In this document: piece by piece, positions 29,381-38,465 of the stretch
How positions within the stretch are numbered: the first letter of the stretch is position 1
How the letters are laid out: each line of letters opens with the position of its first letter
Assembly (NCBI GenBank): GCA_964440985.1
Contig: CAYTWE010000006.1
Coordinates: forward strand, 521 to 64,520
DNA from: an uncultured Lentisphaeraceae bacterium
Lineage (GTDB): Bacteria; Verrucomicrobiota; Kiritimatiellia; RFP12; UBA1067
Reading direction: 5' to 3'
Length of the DNA stretch: 64,000 nt
Made by a program: the position numbers and the translations under genes
Notes under the pieces: model-generated
The model's input: only the letters and a program-made list of their open reading frames with translations
Told to the model about the DNA's origin: nothing
Database searches by the model: none

Positions 29381-30285
29381 GCTCGCGGGTGATATTTGTG
29401 ATGAATTTCGCCGAGACGCGATTCGTCTACGTGGGTATATATCTGGGTTGTGGAAATTGATGCGTGTCCCAGCATTTCCTGGATGGCGCGGATGTCTGCG
29501 CCATGTGAGAGAAGGTGAGACGCGAAACAGTGTCTCAGAACGTGCGGAGACACTGTTGAGGGGTCGATTCCGGCTGCGGTTGCCCTGCGTTTCAGCATCT
29601 TGAATACGCCGATGCGCGAAAACCCCGATCCGAGCCTGGTTATGAAAAGATGCCGTTCTTCAGCGTTGCCGCGCACGAGGGTATCGCGTGCGGATGCGAG
29701 ATATCGCGTAAGGGCCTCGCCGGCGGAATGTCCGAGCGGCACAATCCTGTCGCGAGAGCCCTTGCCTGTGCATCGAATCAGATCTGCACCCTCGGTAATC
29801 GATTCGAGCGTAAGGCCGCATAGTTCGCTTACGCGGAGACCGCAGCCATACAGCAGTTCGAGCATCGCCCTGTCGCGCAGGTCATCCGGTTCCGTTCCGG
29901 AGATTGATTCGACAAGCTGTTGCGTGGTCTTCTCTGTGAGTATCTTCGGGAGCGGAACGCCTTTCTTCGGTGCCTCCAGTCCCTCGGTCGGATCGGCGGA
30001 CACAAGGCGCATCTCCTTCAGATGCGAGAAGAACTCCCTTATGGCGACGAATGCGCGGGCGCGTGACGTCGCCTTCTTCTCCGACTGCAGCAGAACGAGC
30101 AGATATTCTGAGATGTCCGTGCGGACGACAGATGCGGGAGAAGGGCGGCCATGGGATGCGAGATATCCAACAAGAGCGCGGACATCCCGAAGATACGCCT
30201 CCTGCGTCATCTCCGAAAGTCCGCGCTCAAGCGCCAATGCGGCGGCGAAGGAATCGACCGCCTCCACGAATCCAGATTCGGTCAT
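29377..30285 (-). CDS. Site-specific tyrosine recombinase, XerC/XerD family.
   Basis: The C-terminus 'HVLRHCFASHLLSHGADIRAIQEMLGHASISTTQIYTHV' carries the catalytic R-H-R-Y residues. It is in a housekeeping context and overlaps the peptidase gene by 4 nt. Confidence 0.85.
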   Translation of the reverse strand: MTESGFVEAVDSFAAALALERGLSEMTQEAYLRDVRALVGYLASHGRPSPASVVRTDISEYLLVLLQSEKKATSRARAFVAIREFFSHLKEMRLVSADPTEGLEAPKKGVPLPKILTEKTTQQLVESISGTEPDDLRDRAMLELLYGCGLRVSELCGLTLESITEGADLIRCTGKGSRDRIVPLGHSAGEALTRYLASARDTLVRGNAEERHLFITRLGSGFSRIGVFKMLKRRATAAGIDPSTVSPHVLRHCFASHLLSHGADIRAIQEMLGHASISTTQIYTHVDESRLGEIHHKYHPRA

Positions 30286-30311
30286 TTCGTTCCGTGCCGC
30301 CGCGATTCGGT

Positions 30312-31262
30312 TCAGCAGCGACCCTTCGAGCGGAGGAAGTCGAACGACTTCTGGATTGCCATGAGGGAGTCGTCGTGGCGTTCACATTCAACCACATACC
30401 ACTTCACGCCGTCCGCATCCGTTGCGGGGAAGAGGCGATCCCATTCCACGCCCTTCGCGCCGGGCTGACCGGGCTGGCCGAGGATTGCGTCAAACGTCTT
30501 CACGCCTGCGCCCATGCCGTTCTCCTTCGCGTGAAGCGTAGGCGAGCGGTGCGGATACTTCTTGTACTGTTCGCACGGATCCTGTCCGACGCAGGTCGTC
30601 CAGCCGACATCCTGCTCCATGCAGACCGCCTTGTCGGTGTGCGAGAAGAAGTAGTCCCAGTACGTCGTGCCGTCCTGCATCTTCACCTGGAACTCCCACA
30701 TGTGGTTGTGGAGGCCGATCTTGCATCCGTACTTCGCGCAGTTCTCCGCTGCGGTGTTGTAGTAGTCGCAGAGGCTCTTGATGAAGTCGTCCGTCTTCTG
30801 GTTCGGGGTTCCCTTGCCGCTCCAGGACCAGTCTGGCGGCATGTTTCCGCCGCCGGGGCAGATCAGGAGGTTGTTGCCGTAGCCGAGGTTGAACTCGCAG
30901 TTCTTGGCGTAGTTTGCCGGCGAGAACGCATCCTTGCCGACATGGGTGCCGCACGCGGCGAGGCCGGCGTCATCCAGCATGGCCTTGAGCGTCTTGGCGT
31001 CGTTTCCGTAGTAGCCGGCGAACTCAACACCCTTGTAGCCCACTGCGGCGACATCCTTCAGAGCCTTGGCGAGGCCAACGCCGGCCTTGAGAACCTTGCC
31101 TTCCTTGTCCTTCTTTCCGCCGATGTACGTGCGGATTGAATAGAGCTGCACGGCCACGTTGCTCTTGCTGCCGCAGCAGAACGAGCAGCATCCGGGAAGC
31201 GCGGCGGCGGACGCCGCTGCGAACGTCGATCCGAGGAATGAACGACGACTGATGTTCATCAT
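30312..31262 (-). CDS. TAT-exported sugar-phosphate isomerase/epimerase-like (xylose-isomerase-like TIM barrel) protein, with a Cys-rich lipobox-like N-terminus.
   Basis: 'MMNISRRSFLGSTFAAASAAALPGCCSFCCGS' is a TAT signal, followed by 'VAVQLYSIR...GYKGVEF' and 'GLHNHMWEF' TIM-barrel motifs. Confidence 0.65.
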   Translation of the reverse strand: MMNISRRSFLGSTFAAASAAALPGCCSFCCGSKSNVAVQLYSIRTYIGGKKDKEGKVLKAGVGLAKALKDVAAVGYKGVEFAGYYGNDAKTLKAMLDDAGLAACGTHVGKDAFSPANYAKNCEFNLGYGNNLLICPGGGNMPPDWSWSGKGTPNQKTDDFIKSLCDYYNTAAENCAKYGCKIGLHNHMWEFQVKMQDGTTYWDYFFSHTDKAVCMEQDVGWTTCVGQDPCEQYKKYPHRSPTLHAKENGMGAGVKTFDAILGQPGQPGAKGVEWDRLFPATDADGVKWYVVECERHDDSLMAIQKSFDFLRSKGRC

Positions 31263-31307
31263 TATTGTTACTCCTTGTTTTGTGTTGTCGGTAAAATCGG
31301 CATTGGC

Positions 31308-32480
31308 TCAGCGCACGGATTTGAGTGCGGCCTTCACGGCGCCGCCGAACGCATCTGCCATCGACCTCATTCCGAGGTCGTTGGGGTGGCATCCGTCCAC
31401 CGTACCCTCTCCGTCACCGGTGTACATGTCCGTCTTGGGCAGATACACAAGATTCTTCCATCCTTCGGCGACGAGCTTTTCATAGAGCTTGCGCATGAAC
31501 CTGTCCTTGCTGTTCGGCCCTCCGCAGAACACGTCGCACTGCTCCGCCATCACGATCGGCACACCGGGTCTTTTGGCGCGGAGATTCCTTATGAACGGCT
31601 CATAGTTTTCGTCCACGTTTCGTCCGGGGTGGCCATTTCCTTCGGAGGACATCCCCATGTTCCACAGGCAGTCGAGTACGTAGCAGCTCGCGTCGATGGC
31701 GGCGAGATGTTCACTCATCTCGTACTCCATCACGCCGGATCCGGAGAATCCGAGATTGACGATCGGTACGTCAAGCTCCCTGCCGACGATGGACGGGAAT
31801 GCCATGCCGGGGCGGGAGCAGCACCCGCCATGGGTGATCGACGTACCGTAGAACACGACCGGTTTGTCAATGCCGCTCTTGCGCGGGCCGAGCGCGTCGA
31901 TCTTGGCGTCTTTATCGATTCCGAGCGAGAAGGCGGATATGCCGTTGTACAGAGGAAGGTTCACGAGGCACGGAGTGCCGGGCTGCCACCAGTCGATGCG
32001 CAGGTCGCCGCCGTTGGCGTTCCAGATGCGGCCTGTCTTGACGTAGCGCCATTTGCCGGCGTTGTCCATCCGGTATACGTCGATGCCGGATACGCCTGTG
32101 GACGGCATGTGATCCATGGCAAGGTTCTTGCTGTAAGGCGTCCAGCGGAAATGGAGAAATTTTGAGTTGGTGGTGAAGCGGAACTGGAGACCTGCGGAGT
32201 GATGCTTCATGGAGCGGACTCCGTTGTTGACGTTCGTTGTCACGTTCCGGGGAAGCCTGTCGTAGAACGCATCGACGTCGGAGAAGCATTTCCCCTCCAT
32301 CGGAAGGTACTTCCCGTCGATCCACTTTACGCCGTTTGTGTCGACGGTCGCATTCTCGACGGCCATTCTCGGATCGTACTTCGCGATTTCGTTCTGCTGA
32401 GCAAAGGCCGACGTCGACAAAACCGCAACGAGCGGCAGGGCAAGCATACATCCAAGCAACGGCTTCATCATATTGGTCAT
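31308..32480 (-). CDS. Secreted SGNH/GDSL-type hydrolase (carbohydrate esterase-like) with an N-terminal beta-sandwich domain.
   Basis: The start is the internal ATG (MTNMMKPLL...) with RBS AAAGGA. Signal peptide; block I 'GTSITHGG', and block V 'DGCHPND' containing the catalytic His. Confidence 0.7.
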   Translation of the reverse strand: MTNMMKPLLGCMLALPLVAVLSTSAFAQQNEIAKYDPRMAVENATVDTNGVKWIDGKYLPMEGKCFSDVDAFYDRLPRNVTTNVNNGVRSMKHHSAGLQFRFTTNSKFLHFRWTPYSKNLAMDHMPSTGVSGIDVYRMDNAGKWRYVKTGRIWNANGGDLRIDWWQPGTPCLVNLPLYNGISAFSLGIDKDAKIDALGPRKSGIDKPVVFYGTSITHGGCCSRPGMAFPSIVGRELDVPIVNLGFSGSGVMEYEMSEHLAAIDASCYVLDCLWNMGMSSEGNGHPGRNVDENYEPFIRNLRAKRPGVPIVMAEQCDVFCGGPNSKDRFMRKLYEKLVAEGWKNLVYLPKTDMYTGDGEGTVDGCHPNDLGMRSMADAFGGAVKAALKSVR

Positions 32481-32639
32481 TCCTTTCTGTCCATGTGCGT
32501 TCCCGGCGTACGGCTGCACATCGCAATCGGCCTCCGGTAAACAGTATCGGCAAATTATATCAAAAGGGGCGGAAAAGGAAAGCCCCCGCATCGGCAGGCG
32601 GCAGAAAGCGCGTGCACTCACAGGGCCTGCCGGATATTG

Positions 32640-32648
32640 TGCTATAAT
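32640..32648 (+). promoter_or_regulatory. Extended -10 (TGCTATAAT) upstream of rsmE.
   Basis: It is followed by a roughly 25-nt leader with RBS AAAAGGAGA and ATG 32678. Confidence 0.4.
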
Positions 32649-32677
32649 CGCGCACAAAAGGAGATTCGGAACATCTG

Positions 32678-33472
32678 ATGAACAGGATACTCTTCGACAG
32701 CGGCGAGATCGTCGGCGGATTTGCGGAGTTTTCGGACGAACGTGCAGAGCACGTGCTGAACGTCCTGCACGGCGCCGTGGGCGGCACATTGAAGACAGGC
32801 GAGGCCGATGGTCTTGTCGGAACGTCCGAGATCGTGGAGATCCGCAACCTGCACGAGCGTGAGCCGGGTTCGCCGCAGCGGGGCAGCGGACTGCTTGCAG
32901 GCACCGTCGTTGTGAAATGTTCGCATACGGAGATGCCGCCGGCGCCGTGGTTCGATCTGATCCTTGCGCCGCCGCGTCCAAGGACGCTGAAACGTCTTCT
33001 CCCTCAGCTTGCGGCTCTTGGCGTCGGGAAGATCGTGCTTGTCGGTGCGGAGAAGGTGGAGCGATCCTTCTGGGGGGCGCAGATAATCAAGGAACAGGTC
33101 TACCGTCCGTGTCTGATGGAGGGTCTGATGCAGAGCGGGGCATCCGCCGTTCCGGCAATCAGGTGCGAGAGGAGCTTCAGACGGTATGCCGAGTCGGATA
33201 TGCCACGCGAGTTTGCGGATTGCGAACGCATCGTGGCGCATCCGTACGCGGAGCCGGCCTGTGCGGCTGACGATGCGGGCCATGAGGCGTCCGGCAGGCG
33301 CCCGGTGATAGCCATAGGCCCGGAGGGCGGATGGACGGATGGCGAGGTTGCGCTGCTTGAGCGGAACGGGTTTCGCCGCCATTCGCTCGGCAGCCGCATA
33401 CTTCGCACCGACACGGCGACAATTGCGGTGATTGCCCAGCTCATGGTCGGCAGGGACGGAGACGGACGGTGA
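32678..33472 (+). CDS. rsmE: 16S rRNA (uracil1498-N3)-methyltransferase RsmE (SPOUT family).
   Basis: The C-terminal 'IGPEGGWTDGEVALLERNGFRRHSLGSRILRTDTA' matches the RsmE SPOUT knot region. Confidence 0.65.
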   Translation: MNRILFDSGEIVGGFAEFSDERAEHVLNVLHGAVGGTLKTGEADGLVGTSEIVEIRNLHEREPGSPQRGSGLLAGTVVVKCSHTEMPPAPWFDLILAPPRPRTLKRLLPQLAALGVGKIVLVGAEKVERSFWGAQIIKEQVYRPCLMEGLMQSGASAVPAIRCERSFRRYAESDMPREFADCERIVAHPYAEPACAADDAGHEASGRRPVIAIGPEGGWTDGEVALLERNGFRRHSLGSRILRTDTATIAVIAQLMVGRDGDGR

Positions 33473-34254
33473 ATGCGAAGAGCTGTACCGAATGGCGCGT
33501 AAGGCATCGCGCCGTCACGAAGTCGACGAACGCCGACGCGCTTGCGGGGAAGCCGTGGGACGTCTTCACCGCCGATCTGCAGACCGACGGCAGAGGGCGG
33601 CTTGACCACCGTTGGATTTCGCCGCCGGGCGAGAATCTCATGATGTCCGCCGTCGTGGACGTTTCGGAGATGCCGCCGTCCGCAGTGGCGACCTTGCCGC
33701 TTGTCGCCGGGCTGGCCGTCGCGGAAGCGGTTGCAGACATCCTCTCCGCGCATGGTGCGCGGAAATGCGGCGAGGCGGCTCAAGTGGATATTCCGGAAGT
33801 GAAAATCAAGTGGCCGAACGACGTGCTTGTCGGCGGACGCAAAGTGTGCGGAATACTCTGCGAACGGAGCGGCGGCAACGTCATCGTCGGCATCGGCGTG
33901 AACGTAAACCAGATGCAGTTCGCCGCCGAGATCGCCGGACGTGCGACATCTCTGCGTCTTGCGGCGTCGCAGAGCGGCGACGTCCGGCGGCAGCCTGCGA
34001 TTCCGGTGGTTGAAGCGCGTGATGGTGTGCTTTGCCGTCTGCGGGAGGTTTTGGCGATATGGCGCGAACGTGGATTCCGGGAAGTGCTGCCGGACATTTC
34101 GCGGTTCGATTTTCTGAAGGGACGCACCGTATCCGTCATGCGAACGGACGAAGACGAAGCGCCGGCGAGCGGCATCTGCGGCGGGATCTCCGTTGACGGT
34201 TCGCTTGATGTGGGCGGCGAGCCGATATACGCCGGAGAGGCCCATGTGCTATAA
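33469..34254 (+). CDS. birA: Biotin--[acetyl-CoA-carboxylase] ligase (group I BirA, no HTH domain).
   Basis: 'GRGRLDHRWISPPGENLMMS' is the biotin-binding motif; ATGA overlap with rsmE. Confidence 0.75.
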   Translation: MNAKSCTEWRVRHRAVTKSTNADALAGKPWDVFTADLQTDGRGRLDHRWISPPGENLMMSAVVDVSEMPPSAVATLPLVAGLAVAEAVADILSAHGARKCGEAAQVDIPEVKIKWPNDVLVGGRKVCGILCERSGGNVIVGIGVNVNQMQFAAEIAGRATSLRLAASQSGDVRRQPAIPVVEARDGVLCRLREVLAIWRERGFREVLPDISRFDFLKGRTVSVMRTDEDEAPASGICGGISVDGSLDVGGEPIYAGEAHVL

Positions 34255-34263
34255 TTCCGCGCC

Positions 34264-35097
34264 GTGAAAAGCATGATAGTCATATCTGGCGCGGGGCTGT
34301 ACCCCGAGCTTGCGGTGCGCGGCGCGAAGCGCGCCGGGGTTGCGAAGGTGGATGTGCTTGCGGTGCGCGGCTCCACGGCGCGTTCGACGATGCGGGCTGC
34401 GGACGGTGTGCATACGATCGGCATCGGCGAGATAGCGGACGGAATACGCTGGGTCGCTTCGCAGGGATATGACGGCGCAATGCTTGCCGGGCAGATAAAC
34501 CCGCTGTCGCTTTTCCGTTCGCGGTTCGATGACGAGGTGAAGGCCTGGCTCCGGTCGCTTCCGTGCAAGAACGCCCATACGATCTTCGGGAAGCTCATAG
34601 AGGAGTTTTCCCGTGCCGGGGTGAACGTGCTTCCTGCGACGTGCTACATGGAGGACTGCCTGCCGGGCGAGGGCCCGCTCACCGAACGAACCCCGGACGA
34701 GCGCGAGATGCGCGATATCGCACACGGGGCGGCGGTCGTGCGGGACATGGGGCGGCACGATGTCGGGCAGACCGTTCTTGTGAAGGAGGGCATGGTGCTC
34801 GCCGTCGAGGCGTTTGAGGGCACGAATGCGGCCATAAAACGCGGCGGCAGGCTTGGCGGCAGGGGGGCTGTGGTGTTCAAAGGCGCCCGCGAGGGGCATG
34901 ATATGCGTTTCGACGTTCCGGTGCTTGGGCTCAAGACGCTCAAGACGATGAAGTCAGCAGGCGTGACGGCTCTTGCGTTCCAGGCCGGGCGGCAGATTGT
35001 GCTTGAAAGGGATGCCGTCGTATCGTACGCCAACCGCCACGGCATTGCGCTCGTGGGCGTGAAGACAGATCTGCCGCCCGCTCCGACGCGTCCATAG
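34264..35097 (+). CDS. lpxI: UDP-2,3-diacylglucosamine diphosphatase LpxI (DUF1009 family).
   Basis: 'GAVVFKGAREGHDMRFDVPVLGLKTLKTMKSAGVTALAFQAGRQIVLERD...GIALVG' matches the conserved LpxI C-terminal region; the length of 277 aa is typical. Confidence 0.6.
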   Translation: MKSMIVISGAGLYPELAVRGAKRAGVAKVDVLAVRGSTARSTMRAADGVHTIGIGEIADGIRWVASQGYDGAMLAGQINPLSLFRSRFDDEVKAWLRSLPCKNAHTIFGKLIEEFSRAGVNVLPATCYMEDCLPGEGPLTERTPDEREMRDIAHGAAVVRDMGRHDVGQTVLVKEGMVLAVEAFEGTNAAIKRGGRLGGRGAVVFKGAREGHDMRFDVPVLGLKTLKTMKSAGVTALAFQAGRQIVLERDAVVSYANRHGIALVGVKTDLPPAPTRP

Positions 35098-35238
35098 CCT
35101 TTCTGCCGAAATTGCGCTTTGCGGCCTGTCCGGCGGCCTTTGACCGGTGCGGCAGATTGCGAACGCAGTGTTCATCCGGTCTTTCGCATTCCGGCATCTG
35201 CGCTTATGCGGTGGAGCGGCCACCAGTCGTCCGAGATG

Positions 35239-35247
35239 TGGTATAAT
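35239..35247 (+). promoter_or_regulatory. Extended -10 (TGGTATAAT) 7 nt upstream of the purD ATG; leaderless configuration.
   Basis: TGTGGTATAATCCGAACC-ATG(35255); no SD sequence is possible. Confidence 0.45.
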
Positions 35248-35254
35248 CCGAACC

Positions 35255-36556
35255 ATGAAAATTCTCGTAGTTGGCAGTGGCGGGCGTGAACACGCGATCA
35301 CATGGCGTTTGGCGCAGGATGCGGAGAAGCACGAACTCTGGTGCGCACCCGGAAACGCCGGAATGGCGGAGATTGCCGGATGCGTTCCGGTGAAGGCGAC
35401 GGATGTGGCCGGAATCGTGGCCTGGTGTGCGGAGAACCGTCCGGACCTGGTGGTTGTGGGGCCAGAGGCGCCGCTGTGCGCCGGTCTTGTGGATGCTTTG
35501 GACGGAATAGGCGTAAAGGCGTTCGGCCCGGTTGCCGCCGGAGCGAAGATGGAAGGCTCCAAGCGTTTTGCCAAGGAGGTGATGCAGGCGGCCGGCGTTC
35601 CGACGGGCAAGGCCCAGTCGTTCACGGACGCCGCATCGGCCAAAGCGGCGTTGCCGTCGTACGGTCTCCCGGTCGTAATCAAGGCCGACGGGCTTGCCGC
35701 CGGAAAGGGCGTGATAGTTGCGGAGACAGTGGAGCAGGCGGAAGCGGCGATAGACGATATGCTTGTCGGCAACAGGTTCGGAGCGGCCGGCGCCGAGGTT
35801 CTCGTGGAGGAGTTTCTTGACGGCGAGGAATGCTCGATACTTGCCCTTGTGGACGGTGAAAATGCCGTGCTTCTGCCCAGTTCGCAGGATCACAAGCGCG
35901 TCTTTGACGGCGACAAGGGCCCGAACACCGGCGGCATGGGAGCGTACAGCCCTGCGCCGGTCGTGACGGACGGGATGCTTCCGGAGATCAAGGAGAGGAT
36001 AATCCTGCCTGTCGTGCGCGAGCTCAAGAGACGCGGCATTACGTACAGGGGCGTGCTTTATGCCGGGCTTATGGTTACGCCAGACGGGGGGCGTGTCGCG
36101 CTCAGCGGCTCCAAGGTGAACGTCGTTGAGTTCAACGCCAGATTCGGCGATCCGGAGACAGAGGCCGTTCTGCCGCGTCTCGGCGGCGATTTCGCGACTG
36201 CGCTCATGCACGTTGCGTCCGGATGCCTCAAGGATGACGATGTGGTCGTGAAGCCGGAGGCCGCCGCCACAGTCGTGGTTGCGTCCGGCGGATATCCTGG
36301 AGACTATGAGAAGGGCAAGCGGATTGCCGGTCTGCCGGATGCCGGAGACGAACCCGGCGTGATCGTCTTCCATTGCGGTACGAAGTCCGTCGATGGCGAG
36401 ACCGTCACGGATGGCGGGCGCGTCCTTTCGGTTACCGGTCTTGGCGCGACGCTCCGCGAAGCGGTGGATGCCGCGTACCGCGCAGTCGGCAGGATATCGT
36501 TCGACGGCGCATTCTGCAGGAAAGACATCGCGCATCGCGCATTCGGGCGCGGTTGA
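35255..36556 (+). CDS. purD: Phosphoribosylamine--glycine ligase.
   Basis: 'MKILVVGSGGREHA' N-terminus and an ATP-grasp core. The start is the internal ATG of ORF 35147. Confidence 0.9.
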   Translation: MKILVVGSGGREHAITWRLAQDAEKHELWCAPGNAGMAEIAGCVPVKATDVAGIVAWCAENRPDLVVVGPEAPLCAGLVDALDGIGVKAFGPVAAGAKMEGSKRFAKEVMQAAGVPTGKAQSFTDAASAKAALPSYGLPVVIKADGLAAGKGVIVAETVEQAEAAIDDMLVGNRFGAAGAEVLVEEFLDGEECSILALVDGENAVLLPSSQDHKRVFDGDKGPNTGGMGAYSPAPVVTDGMLPEIKERIILPVVRELKRRGITYRGVLYAGLMVTPDGGRVALSGSKVNVVEFNARFGDPETEAVLPRLGGDFATALMHVASGCLKDDDVVVKPEAAATVVVASGGYPGDYEKGKRIAGLPDAGDEPGVIVFHCGTKSVDGETVTDGGRVLSVTGLGATLREAVDAAYRAVGRISFDGAFCRKDIAHRAFGRG

Positions 36557-36595
36557 GCGGCGCATTGTCGGATGTGTAAAAATTGAATGGAGGTT

Positions 36596-37102
36596 ATGAT
36601 GGATTCGGAAAAACCCCTTGTCGGGATTGTCATGGGAAGCGATTCTGACTGGCCGCTGGTGAAGAAGGCCTGCGAAACGCTTGACAGGTTTGGAGTGCCG
36701 TACGAGACGCGGGTGATAAGCGCACATCGCACACCGGAGGTTGCGATAGAGTACTCGAAGAGCGCGGAATCGCGGGGATTGAAGGTGATCATCGCGGCGG
36801 CCGGCGGTGCGGCGCACCTCGGCGGCGTTCTGGCAGCCGGCACCGTCCTGCCGGTGATCGGCATACCTGTGGCCGGCGGCGCGCTGAACGGCCTTGACGC
36901 GCTCTACGCCACGGTTCAGATGCCGTCCGGCGTCCCCGTCGCCTGTGTCGCCTGCGGAAGCGCAGGTCCCGCGAATGCCGCGCTGCTCGCCGTTCAGATT
37001 CTCGGCACGGCCGACGCGGATCTTCGCGAGAGGTTCCGCAGCCACAAGGAGGAGCTGGCCCGCAAGGTCGCCGCCGCGAACGATCGCATCCACGAGGTTT
37101 GA
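36596..37102 (+). CDS. purE: 5-(carboxyamino)imidazole ribonucleotide mutase.
   Basis: 'LVGIVMGSDSDW' and 'AHRTPE' motifs, with RBS GGAGG. Confidence 0.9.
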   Translation: MMDSEKPLVGIVMGSDSDWPLVKKACETLDRFGVPYETRVISAHRTPEVAIEYSKSAESRGLKVIIAAAGGAAHLGGVLAAGTVLPVIGIPVAGGALNGLDALYATVQMPSGVPVACVACGSAGPANAALLAVQILGTADADLRERFRSHKEELARKVAAANDRIHEV

Positions 37103-37117
37103 CGGAGGCGGTCAGGC

Positions 37118-37894
37118 GTGAGACTTCGCGTTCTTGGCAGCGGGTCGAAAGGCAACTCGCTGGCCGTGCGTTCCGGCGGCACCTTGGTGCTTGTCGACAT
37201 CGGATTTTCATACAGGGAGCTGACGCGCCGCATGGCGCTGTGCGGACTGAAGGCGGATGACGTATCCGCCGTGCTGTTTACGCACGACCATTCAGATCAC
37301 TGCGCAGGGGCCGCAACGTTCAGGTCAAGGCATCCGACCGTCCCGTTTTTCGCGAACGGCGACACTGCGGACGCGATAGCGGGCAGGTGCAAGGTGGATG
37401 ACGGCTGGACGGTGTTCGAAAACGGCACACCGTTTACGCTGGGCGATTTTGCGGTCACTGCGTTTTCAATACCGCACGATGCGGCTGATCCTGTGGGCTA
37501 TTTTCTCGAGGGCGACGGCGGATCTCTCTTTGTCGGCACGGACATGGGCTTTGTGACGGCGAATGCGCGGGAGATGTTCGCCCGCGCCACCTGCGCCCTG
37601 CTTGAAGCCAACCACGACCCGATACTTCTCGAACAGAGCGGACGCCCCCCGCTGCTGAAGCAGCGCATTCGCGGCCGCAACGGGCATCTCGCTAACGAGG
37701 ATGCGGCGGCGCTGCTTCGCGACACGAATCCGCCGTGTCTGCGGCGTCTGCTCCTTGGACACATCTCAAGCGAGTGCAACTCCGTTTCGCTCGCCCGCAG
37801 TGCGTTCACGGAGGCCATTGCCGCGCTCAACCGCAGCGACATCGCGCTTGATGTGCTGCGTCAGGAATCCCCAAGTGAACTGTTTGAGTTCTGA
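37118..37894 (+). CDS. MBL-fold metallo-hydrolase.
   Basis: 'FTHDHSDH' is the metallo-beta-lactamase HxHxDH motif, and the N-terminus is 'MRLRVLGSGSKGN'. Confidence 0.75.
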   Translation: MRLRVLGSGSKGNSLAVRSGGTLVLVDIGFSYRELTRRMALCGLKADDVSAVLFTHDHSDHCAGAATFRSRHPTVPFFANGDTADAIAGRCKVDDGWTVFENGTPFTLGDFAVTAFSIPHDAADPVGYFLEGDGGSLFVGTDMGFVTANAREMFARATCALLEANHDPILLEQSGRPPLLKQRIRGRNGHLANEDAAALLRDTNPPCLRRLLLGHISSECNSVSLARSAFTEAIAALNRSDIALDVLRQESPSELFEF

Positions 37895-37919
37895 CGATGC
37901 CACGTTTCATCATTCGATT

Positions 37920-37928
37920 TGATATAAT
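37920..37928 (+). promoter_or_regulatory. Extended -10 (TGATATAAT) upstream of the queF-hemA-hemL gene string.
   Basis: It is followed by a roughly 45-nt leader with RBS AAAGGAG and ATG 37980. Confidence 0.4.
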
Positions 37929-37979
37929 GCCGCGCCGTATGTCCGACGGTAGCACACAGTCAAAGGAGCAGTCTTAACC

Positions 37980-38441
37980 ATGCGTACAGGCCTTGAATCG
38001 TTGAAGTCGCTCGGCAATGGAACTTCCGTGCCGGCCACGTATTCCCCCGATGTCCTTGAATCGTTTCCGAACGCCCATCCGGACAGGGACTACTGGGTCA
38101 CGTTCACCTGCCCGGAATTCACAACGCTCTGTCCGAAAACCGGCCAGCCGGATTTCGCAACGCTTACGATCAGGTACATTCCTGCGAAAAGGCTTGTCGA
38201 GTCGAAGTCGCTGAAACTCTACCTTTTCGGATTCCGCAACCACGGAGACTTCCATGAGGATGTGGTGAACGTCGTATACAACGATCTCGTTGCGCTGATG
38301 AAGCCAAAATACATCGAGGTCGTAGGCAAGTTCGCCGCTCGCGGCGGGATATCCATCGATCCGTTCGTCAACGGCGGATCCGGCGCAAAGTACCGCAGGC
38401 TTGCGGAGACGCGCTTTGCGGCATGGAACGGGGTGCGCTGA
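37980..38441 (+). CDS. queF: NADPH-dependent 7-cyano-7-deazaguanine reductase (unimodular QueF).
   Basis: The '[19 protein letters not shown]' catalytic Cys motif and the 'ESKSLKLYL' QueF motif. Confidence 0.85.
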   Translation: MRTGLESLKSLGNGTSVPATYSPDVLESFPNAHPDRDYWVTFTCPEFTTLCPKTGQPDFATLTIRYIPAKRLVESKSLKLYLFGFRNHGDFHEDVVNVVYNDLVALMKPKYIEVVGKFAARGGISIDPFVNGGSGAKYRRLAETRFAAWNGVR

Positions 38442-38465
38442 CGCGACGGATGCGTTCATGGCGGC

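Noticed and set aside
29377-30285. Tyrosine recombinase as an indicator of an integrated mobile element.
   Set aside because: Its sequence features are XerC/XerD-like. It overlaps a housekeeping peptidase gene by 4 nt. There are no flanking direct repeats, tRNA, or phage or transposase genes, so I interpret it as the chromosomal dimer-resolution recombinase.
35204-37093. A 629-aa minus-strand ORF spanning purD and purE.
   Set aside because: It is antisense to two highly conserved purine-biosynthesis genes; an artefact of high GC.
37895-37979. Possible preQ1 riboswitch in the queF leader.
   Set aside because: The roughly 45-nt leader lacks the A-rich tail and stem-loop of the preQ1-I consensus and is too short for preQ1-II or preQ1-III.
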